From Prevotella sp. (lineage in GTDB: Bacteria; Bacteroidota; Bacteroidia; Bacteroidales; Bacteroidaceae), in contig JAFQQY010000049.1 of NCBI GenBank assembly GCA_017410365.1, positions 10,443 to 74,442 on the forward strand: DNA of 64,000 nt. Direction: 5' to 3'. Position 1 is the stretch's first letter, and each line of letters starts with the position of its first letter. A model generated the notes under the pieces. That model saw nothing but the letters and a program-made list of their open reading frames with translations. It was not told the origin of the DNA and ran no database searches. Positions 40,201 through 48,034 of the stretch are shown in pieces. The position numbers and the translations under genes were made by a program.

Positions 40201-41651
40201 ACGCCTCGCAGATGATACAGCTTGTCAATCAGATTCTCGATTTCCGAAAGATTCAGAACGGCAAGATGCGCTTGCATGTTTCCCAAGTTAACGTCAACGA
40301 CCTGTTGCAACAGCATTACAGTCAGTTCCATATTCTGGCAGAAGAGCAGGAGATAAGCTTTAATATACAGCCAGCCGACAGTCCTGTTTATGTATGGGCA
40401 GACAAGGAACGTCTGGCAAGTGTTGTGAGGAACATCCTCGCCAATGCGTTCAAGTTCACTCCGTCAGGCGGCAGCATCTATGCCTCGGCAGGAATGCTCG
40501 ACGGTTCTGAAGGAGTATATATACGGGTTGAAGACACAGGCAAGGGCATCCCGTCGGATAAGTTGGAGGATATTTTTGAACGTTTCTCTCAGGCCGACAA
40601 TGTCAAGCAGTCGCAATATCAGGGCACGGGCATCGGATTGGCATTGTCGAAGGAGATTATCGAACTGCATCACGGGCGTATCTATGCCGAGAACGGTAGT
40701 GAGAGCGGTGCTGTGTTCACCGTAGAACTGCCATTGGGCAAGCAGCATTTTGCCGAGGGCGAGGTTGACTTCTACGAAGGCATGGAGTTTGTTGAGAACA
40801 GTCTTCAGGCTGACGATAGTGATGTTGCGGATGTTGCGGAGAAGTTGCACGATACAGGCAGTCCGACACTGCTCATCGTTGACGACAACAAGGACCTTTG
40901 TCGCCTGTTGCGCATGCAGCTTGAACAGAAATACAATATCTATACGGCGCAAGACGGTAGTGAAGGACTGAAGAAGATAGGCATATACCATCCCGACGTT
41001 GTAATTATGGACCAGATGATGCCGGTGATGGACGGTCTTGAAATGCTCCGCTGTATACGTAATGACTTCCAGATATCGCATATCCCGGTAATCATGCTTA
41101 CTGCTAAGGGCGATGAAGAGGCAAAGACTCGCGCCATCAGCATGGGAGCCAATGCCTATATCACCAAACCGTTCAATAAGGACTATCTGCAGGCTCGCAT
41201 AGAGCAGTTGCTCAAGGCGCGTGCCGCATTCAGAAAGCATCTCACTGCCGACGACAAGAAACAAGCGGAGAACGATGACTATAGCAGTTATCTTGAGCAA
41301 AAGGATGTAGAGTTTATCAAGAGCATACATGAGGTTATAGAGCAGAACATTCAGAACAGCGACTTCAATATCGACACCATTGCAGCAACCCTTGGACTTA
41401 GTCGTTCTGCATTCTTCAAGAAGGTGAAGAGTCTTACGGGCTTCGCACCTGTTGACCTTATCAAGGAATTCCGTTTGAACAAGGCTGCCGAACTGTTGTC
41501 TAATACCGACATGACCATGACCGAGATAGCCTATAAGGTTGGTTTCCGCGATTCTGGTTATTTCTCTAAATGTTTCCGAAAGAATTACGATATGTCGCCT
41601 CGCGATTATGCAGCGAGTAAGCGTGGCACTAATCAAAGCAATATACCTTAA
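37245..41651 (+). CDS. Complete hybrid two-component system (propellers, Y_Y_Y, TM, HisKA, HATPase, receiver, AraC)
   Basis: FFTNISHELRTPLTLI, NILANAFKFT, GTGIGLAL, LLIVDDN..DQMMPVMDG, GFRDSGYFSKCF. Confidence 0.96.
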   Translation: MKIMRVMRLTLLFIPLLLAFSMPVAGESLSEQILVEHYSTVQGLPNNTVYSSLKDRDGFMWFGTWYGLCRFDGARFQTYNQKTKPGSDIPPRKIQTVAEDSNGNLWLKTADMKLYVFYRETEVFHSVYEEIKPFSVNLQVIKIQPTADGNMLLLTKDKILLLAGTEKDGKIWLRMLFDSRGKINPYSFQLNYNVLSETKDYLSWIAKDFNIISIAKGTALKSVPEDYVSRYVASDRELLCASSNGSKMYIGDDGGNIFVIDVEGGHIQKFCLQEQSAVRIIQSDRIGNIYAITDRGTVYECKNGSDEPKRLPFTLSSGKAKYMLCDMYDKLWIYESGASLICYDPQQRQHQRYPLRYKEDFIPELCMEEKGEQGMFFLTPAGEALFFDRNSSTMHSISEEAKHPEDAKELHFSHIYMDRDGLVWLSSTNNGIYRLNFPKQQFRLQPLPNNDLSGVRCIFQMKSGDILVGSRSRDVYIYSPDGRLVDVLPYNRYHIGAVYYAMEDNMGNLWLSTKGDGLVKIYADAKSPNGYQYIHYKSDIADPASISGNNVYTTYIDSHGNFWVGTLDGGLNLMTEQNGKTIFYNKNNGFGNYPAYGLYTEIRNMVEDEHGRLWIGTIDGLMSIETSFDNAADIKFETYRQQGRTTFANSDVYTLYKDRQQQIWVGAFGGGLNILTGYDAKNKMPEFQSLGERDGLRNDVILSMTEDRSGIIWFATEAGLSCYDKQTRRIRNFDRYDGLPVLKMEETSAMLNSNGQIWMGSQQGLLVFNPEQVQTNSADYRTFIVDFNVNNSQSSADSSMTDIRSISYIDGVTLEPDQEIFTIEFSALNFKNYDNVTYRYRLDGYETEWHYNGANRIASYTNLPSGTYTFIVETIDESNPTLTSSAQLNIKVLPPWWKSWWAVVIYCLLSMALLYGAMRLILLIMRMRNDVYIGQRLAELKIKFFTNISHELRTPLTLIQGSIQELKNEPSLTYRGTEYVSMMDKNASQMIQLVNQILDFRKIQNGKMRLHVSQVNVNDLLQQHYSQFHILAEEQEISFNIQPADSPVYVWADKERLASVVRNILANAFKFTPSGGSIYASAGMLDGSEGVYIRVEDTGKGIPSDKLEDIFERFSQADNVKQSQYQGTGIGLALSKEIIELHHGRIYAENGSESGAVFTVELPLGKQHFAEGEVDFYEGMEFVENSLQADDSDVADVAEKLHDTGSPTLLIVDDNKDLCRLLRMQLEQKYNIYTAQDGSEGLKKIGIYHPDVVIMDQMMPVMDGLEMLRCIRNDFQISHIPVIMLTAKGDEEAKTRAISMGANAYITKPFNKDYLQARIEQLLKARAAFRKHLTADDKKQAENDDYSSYLEQKDVEFIKSIHEVIEQNIQNSDFNIDTIAATLGLSRSAFFKKVKSLTGFAPVDLIKEFRLNKAAELLSNTDMTMTEIAYKVGFRDSGYFSKCFRKNYDMSPRDYAASKRGTNQSNIP

Positions 41652-41753
41652 TGTCTGTTTACCGTTTAATAAGTAGTTGTGATATTTGGCATTTTACAAA
41701 TTTTTTGTTATTTTTGCAAACAATCCTTAATAACAAACAAATAATTAAAGAAA

Positions 41754-42527
41754 ATGAAAAAGATTTTATTGTCATGTTTTGCTTTGTTGGCAATGTTTAA
41801 TGTGGCTTTAGCACAAGAAAGCAAAGAATTCTACAAGATTGGAAATCGTTGGGCTATTGGTGCAGGTGCCGGTACAGAAGGTGTTAGTGTTGATTTGTCT
41901 ACTAATTTCAGCAAGTATATCTCTGCTCGTTTTGGAGTAAATATTGTTCCAGGAATTAACATAAACGAAGATTTTGAGATAACTGGTGAATTTGCAGGAC
42001 ATAGAGTTAATAGTATGCTTGAGGCAGAGGGCTCGTTGGAGCGAACCACATTCGATGCTAAGGTTGATTTCTATCCTTTTCCAAATTCAAGTTCTTTCTT
42101 TATCTCAGCAGGATGTTCATGGGGTGGTAAAGATATTATAAAAATCAAGGGACATAGCGATGAGGCCGCTTTGCTTATTAGTGAAGCTTCTGCTTTGGGT
42201 GGTTATAACAATCAGTTCGGTATCGACATCGATGATATTCGCATCCCTGTTGACGAGAACGGTGATGCATCAGGTGGAGTAAAGGTAAAGAATTTCCGTC
42301 CATATTTCGGTCTTGGTTTTGGTCGTGCCGTTCCTAAGAAGCGTGTAGGTGTTAGGGTTGAGTTGGGTTTGCAGCTGCATGACACTCCTGAAATTTATGC
42401 CGACAACAGTAATGTTGATTTGACAGAGCAAATAAAGAAGAACACAGACAACGATATCGTTGAGATAATTGACAAACTTAATATTTATCCTGTATTTAAG
42501 TTAAGTTTGCGCGGACGAATATTCTAA
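41754..42527 (+). CDS. Putative outer-membrane beta-barrel protein
   Basis: Signal peptide, amphipathic strands, RPYFGLGFGRAVP, terminal Phe. Confidence 0.75.
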   Translation: MKKILLSCFALLAMFNVALAQESKEFYKIGNRWAIGAGAGTEGVSVDLSTNFSKYISARFGVNIVPGININEDFEITGEFAGHRVNSMLEAEGSLERTTFDAKVDFYPFPNSSSFFISAGCSWGGKDIIKIKGHSDEAALLISEASALGGYNNQFGIDIDDIRIPVDENGDASGGVKVKNFRPYFGLGFGRAVPKKRVGVRVELGLQLHDTPEIYADNSNVDLTEQIKKNTDNDIVEIIDKLNIYPVFKLSLRGRIF

Positions 42528-42539
42528 TATCAATATATA

Positions 42540-42586
42540 GAAAAAGAGTTTTGATAAGTCTTATTGATTATCAAAACTCTTTTTCA
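42540..42586. terminator. Bidirectional terminator overlapping the WYL stop codon
   Basis: gaaaaagagttttgataa / ttatcaaaactctttttc between convergent genes. Confidence 0.7.
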
Positions 42587-43475
42587 TTTCTTCCACCTTA
42601 TTCTTTATATAAGCAATGAAGTCATCATTGCCCAACACCTCTATGCAGTCATACAATCCCAGCACAAAGCGGCCGATGCCTAAATAGTTGCATACGTCCA
42701 GTTGGAGCGTCCAGTGCTCCTTGTCTTCGTCCTGAGAAATGTGAGCAAAGGCCTGTGGATATTCCTCTATCAACAGGTTGTATGCTAGGCGGTTCATTCT
42801 GATTCTCACCGGATGCCACTCTTCGCCACTGAACATGAATACATCTGTGTATACCTGCTTGTGCTTATCAGAGTGCTCCCAGTTTTCTGATAGCAGTATC
42901 ACCGACTCCATGCGCGACAGTTTGAACGTCTTGTTCATTCCGGAAGTCAGTTCATAACAACGTATTTCGTTGTTGCCGTTTAGAAACATGAACGGCTCTA
43001 CCACTCTGCTCGACAGCGTGTTGCTGTGTGGCGATGAATAGTTGTGCAAAATGGCCTTCTGCCTGTATTTTATTGCATCATAGAGAGTGCTGATATTGGC
43101 TGCTACTTGTTCGCGCATCACGATATCGTCAAGTATGTCCATATCGTATAGCCTGTTCAGTTTCTGTCTTATGTGTTGCACATGAACACTGTTGTCGTTC
43201 ACCCTATCCAGCAGTCGCCGCATCGTTATAGCTTCGTCTTCTGTGAAGTGCAGCACCTTAAAGAGTTTTTTGAAGAAAGGTGAGTCTTTGTCCAGACTGT
43301 ATTTGGTGCCGTTCTTTTCGATAATAAAGCCATTGTCACGAAAGAATTCAAAATAATAGTATAGTGAACGGCGTGATATTTTAAGTTTCTCACACAGTTG
43401 CTCCACTGTATACTCCCTGTTCTCTGTCATCAGGAGCATCAGTTTCAATTCTCTGTCCAGTTGGTTGTGACGCAT
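42561..43475 (-). CDS. wHTH-WYL-WCX transcriptional regulator
   Basis: N-terminal HTH (TVEQLCEKLKISRRSLY), YSSPHS..RVVEPF..KTFKLSRM WYL signature. Confidence 0.88.
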   Translation of the reverse strand: MRHNQLDRELKLMLLMTENREYTVEQLCEKLKISRRSLYYYFEFFRDNGFIIEKNGTKYSLDKDSPFFKKLFKVLHFTEDEAITMRRLLDRVNDNSVHVQHIRQKLNRLYDMDILDDIVMREQVAANISTLYDAIKYRQKAILHNYSSPHSNTLSSRVVEPFMFLNGNNEIRCYELTSGMNKTFKLSRMESVILLSENWEHSDKHKQVYTDVFMFSGEEWHPVRIRMNRLAYNLLIEEYPQAFAHISQDEDKEHWTLQLDVCNYLGIGRFVLGLYDCIEVLGNDDFIAYIKNKVEEMKKSFDNQ

Positions 43476-43490
43476 GATTTGTTAAGGGGA

Positions 43491-44093
43491 TTAGTCAAAA
43501 AGACTCAGTTGCCCATCGCCTAGAAGGTTGAAACTGCGTCGGTGATATGGCGTAATGCCATGCACCTTGATAGCCTCGCGATGCTTCTTTGTAGGATAAC
43601 CTTTGTTGCCCAACCAGTCATATTGCGGAAATTCCTCTGCCAACTTGTCCATATAGTCGTCGCGGTAAGTCTTCGCCAATATGCTGGCTGCCGCTATCGA
43701 CAGATATTTGCCGTCGCCTTTAACTATTGTTGTATGTGGCAGTCCGTTGTATGGCTTGAAACGGTTGCCGTCAACGATTACCGCCTCTGGACGTATCTGC
43801 AGTTGGTCGAGAGCTCTGTGCATAGCCAGTATGCTTGCATTCAGAATATTTATCTTGTCAATCTCTTCCGGGGTTACGATGCCAACGGCCCATGCCAAAG
43901 CATCGCGCTCTATTATTTCTCTCAGTTTCTTTCTTCTCTTGTCTGTTAGTTGTTTCGAGTCGTTCAGTTCTTCGTTAGTATAACCTTCAGGGAAAATTAC
44001 AGCTGCGGCATACACGCTACCTGCCAGACATCCTCGTCCGGCCTCGTCGCACCCAGCCTCTATCTTTCCTTCGTAGTAATGGCTTGCTAGCAT
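43491..44093 (-). CDS. rnhB: Ribonuclease HII
   Basis: GCDEAGRGCLAG, LNDSKQL, VKGDG..SIAAASILAK, NKGYPT. Confidence 0.97.
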   Translation of the reverse strand: MLASHYYEGKIEAGCDEAGRGCLAGSVYAAAVIFPEGYTNEELNDSKQLTDKRRKKLREIIERDALAWAVGIVTPEEIDKINILNASILAMHRALDQLQIRPEAVIVDGNRFKPYNGLPHTTIVKGDGKYLSIAAASILAKTYRDDYMDKLAEEFPQYDWLGNKGYPTKKHREAIKVHGITPYHRRSFNLLGDGQLSLFD

Positions 44094-44313
44094 AATCGTT
44101 CTTCGTTTTTATTGTTACTGCAAAGATAATAATTAAAATGGAAACCAAGAGTAAACAATAATTGTTTTATTCCTCTAATAACTTTCGGCTGCAAAAAGAA
44201 TGCATGATATTTTGCTATACGGAAAAGATTCTTTACTTTTGCAAAGTATAAACAGCCTAATGTATTCTATAATTAAGATTATTATTTGCAACATTAATAA
44301 AAATCAAAACAAT

Positions 44314-44982
44314 ATGAAGAAACTTGTTTTTACAGTACTGCTGGCAGTGCTTGGATTTACGACAAATGTCTTTGCCCAGGAAAATAATGAGGATAGAATC
44401 TCTGCATTTGTTCGTGGTGGTGCGTCTATAAGCTCTTATTACGACTCTGGCTCAGACGGTAGTAATATTCGTTTAGGATATAATGCCGGCGTGGGAGTGA
44501 TGTTGCCACTCCGTAGCAAAGGATTGCTAACGCATATCCAGTCGTCGTTGCTTCTTGTGTCAAAAGGAGCAAAAAGTGAAGAGTTAGGAGTTAAAACGAC
44601 TGTTGAACAGGTATATGCACAGATTCCAATACAATTTGTACATAAGTTTTCCGACGGTGATGATACAGGAGCAAGCATTGCCTTTGGTCCATATATCGCA
44701 TACGGCCTTTGGGGAGATTGTACCGTTGAGCAACGTGTTGGCGGCATGTCATCTGCCACAGCCTCTGTCAGCATCGATACATTCGGCGATGAGCTTAAGA
44801 TTGACAGGTTTGATGTCGGACTGACGCTTACCTTTAAATTCGATTTTGAGAAGTTCTTGGTGGGCATGGATGTTGACCTTGGACTTGCCAACATCGGCAG
44901 TGAAAGAGCAATAAACCATTGGGATACTATGAAATATCCAAAGAATGTCAGCGGTTCTCTGTATGTAGGGTATAGATTCTGA
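44314..44982 (+). CDS. Porin-family outer-membrane beta-barrel protein
   Basis: Start at MKKLVF signal peptide; SKGAK..YAQIP..GPYIAYGL; ends YVGYRF. Confidence 0.82.
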   Translation: MKKLVFTVLLAVLGFTTNVFAQENNEDRISAFVRGGASISSYYDSGSDGSNIRLGYNAGVGVMLPLRSKGLLTHIQSSLLLVSKGAKSEELGVKTTVEQVYAQIPIQFVHKFSDGDDTGASIAFGPYIAYGLWGDCTVEQRVGGMSSATASVSIDTFGDELKIDRFDVGLTLTFKFDFEKFLVGMDVDLGLANIGSERAINHWDTMKYPKNVSGSLYVGYRF

Positions 44983-45019
44983 TTCAAACTAGAGGATTAT
45001 TACGAAGTGCTAAATAAGT

Positions 45020-45123
45020 GATCTGGCACTTCTCGATGAGAGAACTGGCACTTCTCGATGAGAGATCTGGCATTTCTTGATGAGAGATCTGGCATTTCTC
45101 GATGAGAGAACTGGCATTTCTCG
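45020..45123. repeat. 22-bp tandem repeat, 4.7 units
   Basis: ga(t/a)ctggca(c/t)ttct(c/t)gatgaga units at 45020, 45042, 45064, 45086 and 45108 (partial). Confidence 0.92.
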
Positions 45124-45336
45124 TTTTATTTAAATATTTCTATGCTGTGTTCAATTGTAAATCAAGGTTGAAAAGAAAGTGATTAATCTTTGATTAAGGA
45201 TATGATTAAAAGAATTACTATAATCGAAATATTTGGAACAGGTAGAGATGTCGCATTTGTGTCGTCTCTTTTTTAGGATTTTATTTCATGCATAGAAGGG
45301 CAAAAGGATAATGCTGCTATTCTTGTATTACAAAAG

Positions 45337-46215
45337 TTAGCCCTTCCTGTATTCTGATGGCGACATACCTACATGCTCTTTGAAGTACTTGCCTAGAAAC
45401 GACTGGTTGGCAAAGTGCAGTTCTTCGGCTATCTCTTTGATGCTCTTTGAGGAATTGCGTAGCAATACGCGCATTTCAACCGTTACATAGTTGTCTATCC
45501 ACTCGTTTGGTGTGCGGTGGCTTACGTTCTTTATTGTCTCAGACAGATATTTCGCCGTGATGCACAATTGGTCGGCATACCAACTGACGCGACGCTCGTG
45601 TTTGTAGTTCTGTTCAAGCAGTTTGATGAAGCGTGTGAAGATAATTTCCGAACTGCTTTGGCGCTCTCCGCCTGTTGCCAGAACTCTCTGTATCACGTTG
45701 CTCAGGTCGTAAAACATGGCAAGTGTGAGCGTGCTAACCACATTGCGTCTGAACATGTTGCTGCTGTCAGCGGCTTTTGCCTTTAGCAGATAGAAGTAGT
45801 TGCGGAAGGTGTCTGCCTCTTGCTCAGAGAAATTCACTATTGGATGATAGCGCGAGAAAAGCAGTAGCGACGACACATCGCTCACGTTTCGTATGGTTTC
45901 GAAGAAAAACCTTACAGACAGCATTATGCAGAGGCCCTTCAGGTCTTTGCTTCCGCAGAAATTGCTCACTACGTGTCGGTCGAGTATTATCAGCACGTCA
46001 TTGCGGTGTATCGTCTTTTCTTCTGTGTCGAGCGTGTATGTCGCGTGACCGTCAGTGCACAATGCCAGTATTATGAAGTTCATGCGCATGGCTTCGTGGG
46101 GGATAGGTGCATTGCTTATGTCATCGACGATGATAATGTCATCTTCAATGTATTTTGCATCTCCCCATTTCTTAGTGTTTTGGAGGTCGCTATCTTTTAT
46201 GCTGCCCTTAGCCAT
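45337..46215 (-). CDS. AraC-family transcriptional regulator
   Basis: RRVSWYADQLCITAKYLS..IKEIAEELHFANQSFLGKYFKEHVGMSPSEYR. Confidence 0.92.
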   Translation of the reverse strand: MAKGSIKDSDLQNTKKWGDAKYIEDDIIIVDDISNAPIPHEAMRMNFIILALCTDGHATYTLDTEEKTIHRNDVLIILDRHVVSNFCGSKDLKGLCIMLSVRFFFETIRNVSDVSSLLLFSRYHPIVNFSEQEADTFRNYFYLLKAKAADSSNMFRRNVVSTLTLAMFYDLSNVIQRVLATGGERQSSSEIIFTRFIKLLEQNYKHERRVSWYADQLCITAKYLSETIKNVSHRTPNEWIDNYVTVEMRVLLRNSSKSIKEIAEELHFANQSFLGKYFKEHVGMSPSEYRKG

Positions 46216-46359
46216 AGTGATTGTTTAGCATTTACAGTACAAAAATACAATTTTTCTCTTTAAGATAAACAGAATTGTAGACAAAATGAACGTAAAAACT
46301 TTCATTGTGGTTATAGTTTTCAGGATAATTATTAGTAAATTTGCACTCTCAAATCAACT

Positions 46360-47166
46360 ATGATGATAAGATTGTTTTGTTGTTTACTGTTTTGTCTGAC
46401 TTTCCTATCGTGTAAAGATGCTTTTGATATGCATCCATACGACGTACGCTTCGACGGTCAAGAGAATATAAATGCCATTAACATAGAGCGCATAGAACGT
46501 CTGTGTTCTGGCAAGGATACCATGCATGTGGCGTTTATCAGCGATACGCATGGCTGGTATGCTGATACTAAAGATATGGTGAAGAGCATTAATGCAAAGG
46601 GAAATGTTGACTTTGCCGTACATCTGGGCGACCTGACTGATTGCGGCACAACGAAGGAGTATGTATGGATGCGCGATATACTGGCTGGCATCAGAGTGCC
46701 TTATGTGGCCATTATTGGCAATCACGACTTCTTAGGAACGGGCGACCAGACATTCCACCGTATGTATGGTCAGAATGACTATACGTTTATTGCCGGAAGG
46801 GTGAAGTTTGTATGTCTGAATACTAATGCTACAGAGTACGACTATCTGGCAGCCGTGCCTAATCTTGACTATATGGAGGGCGAGATAGGCAAAGACTCGC
46901 TGCTCTACGATCGTACTGTGGTGTGCATGCATGCTCGCCCGTATTCAGAGCAGTTTAACAATAATGTGGCTAAGGTGTTTCATCACTATGTGAAGAGTTT
47001 TCCAGGACTGATGTTCTGCATGAACGGTCATGACCACTGCAAGCAGGCAGAAGATATCTATGGCGATGGCGTGATGTATTATGGTGTTGACTGTGCTGAG
47101 CATCGCAGTTATATGGTGTTTACAATAACGGTAAATGGTTATGACTATGAGATTGTGCATTATTAA
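46360..47166 (+). CDS. Calcineurin-like metallophosphoesterase, putative lipoprotein
   Basis: Lipobox FLSC; DTH, GD, GNHD, GHDH metal motifs. Confidence 0.88.
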   Translation: MMIRLFCCLLFCLTFLSCKDAFDMHPYDVRFDGQENINAINIERIERLCSGKDTMHVAFISDTHGWYADTKDMVKSINAKGNVDFAVHLGDLTDCGTTKEYVWMRDILAGIRVPYVAIIGNHDFLGTGDQTFHRMYGQNDYTFIAGRVKFVCLNTNATEYDYLAAVPNLDYMEGEIGKDSLLYDRTVVCMHARPYSEQFNNNVAKVFHHYVKSFPGLMFCMNGHDHCKQAEDIYGDGVMYYGVDCAEHRSYMVFTITVNGYDYEIVHY

Positions 47167-47869
47167 TCTGCTTTTGCTGTTCTCGCTGCTATCAGCAAAC
47201 GCTGTTATGCCAACCGATACGCTGAGCGTGGAAGACTCGCTGAAGTATTTCTATTACGATAGTCTTGCTGAGCGTGGAGTGTATCTTCGTAAGAGTAAAT
47301 CAACGGAGTATGACCGCCGTGTGGATAAATACCGCAAGCATTGGGCTGCTCTGATTCCGACGCAGTTGGTAGTTCAGAATGCCGGCAACATGGGTTTTAT
47401 GTCTGTGGGTATAGGTTGGGATTATGGCAAGCATAGCCAGTGGGAAACAAACCTCTTGTTCGGCTACCTGCCTGAATATAAGAGCAATAGAGGAAAACTG
47501 ACTATGACGCTCAAGCAGAACTACATTCCGTGGAGCATATATTTGAAGGATGGTTGGTCAGTTGAACCTTTGTCGTGCGGTCTGTATCTTAATACGGTGT
47601 TTGGCAGTGAGTTTTGGGATAGGCAACCTGCCCGCTATCCAGATAAGTATTATGAGTTTCTGTCAACCAAGATGCGTGCCAATGTTTTTGTAGGCCAGCG
47701 CTTGACGAAGATTGTTCCTCACAACAAGCGTAAAATGATAAAGAGCATAACGGCTTTTTATGAGGTCAGCACTTGCGATCTCTACGTCCGCTCGATGATT
47801 ATAGACGATTATCTTTCCTTGTGGGAAATTCTGGGACTCTCTATCGGCATAAAGTTGCAGATGCTATGA
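47147..47869 (+). CDS. Hypothetical secreted / outer-membrane protein
   Basis: Signal peptide, beta-strand pattern (AGNMGFMSVGIGWDYG); overlaps the upstream gene. Confidence 0.7.
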   Translation: MRLCIINLLLLFSLLSANAVMPTDTLSVEDSLKYFYYDSLAERGVYLRKSKSTEYDRRVDKYRKHWAALIPTQLVVQNAGNMGFMSVGIGWDYGKHSQWETNLLFGYLPEYKSNRGKLTMTLKQNYIPWSIYLKDGWSVEPLSCGLYLNTVFGSEFWDRQPARYPDKYYEFLSTKMRANVFVGQRLTKIVPHNKRKMIKSITAFYEVSTCDLYVRSMIIDDYLSLWEILGLSIGIKLQML

Positions 47870-47919
47870 TGTTACTGTAAACCATGAATTCAATGCATCC
47901 TAGGCAATATCACATTAAA

Positions 47920-48001
47920 AACCACAAATTACACGAAGCTAATGAATTTGTATGCCATTCAGCATCAATGATAATTCGTTAAGTTCGTATAATTTGTGGT
48001 T
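47920..48001. repeat. Inverted-repeat element related to the one at 23292-23421
   Basis: aaccacaaattacacgaa / ttcgtataatttgtggtt. Confidence 0.7.
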
Positions 48002-48034
48002 GAAATAAATATATAATCCGTAGTTACGGAAGAT

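Noticed and set aside
40464-41636. 390-aa minus-strand ORF inside the HTCS
   Set aside because: Antisense shadow of a clearly real plus-strand gene.
25143-45123. Possible CRISPR arrays at 25143, 34540 and 45020
   Set aside because: Units are adjacent or have variable parts under 10 bp; no spacers and no cas genes.
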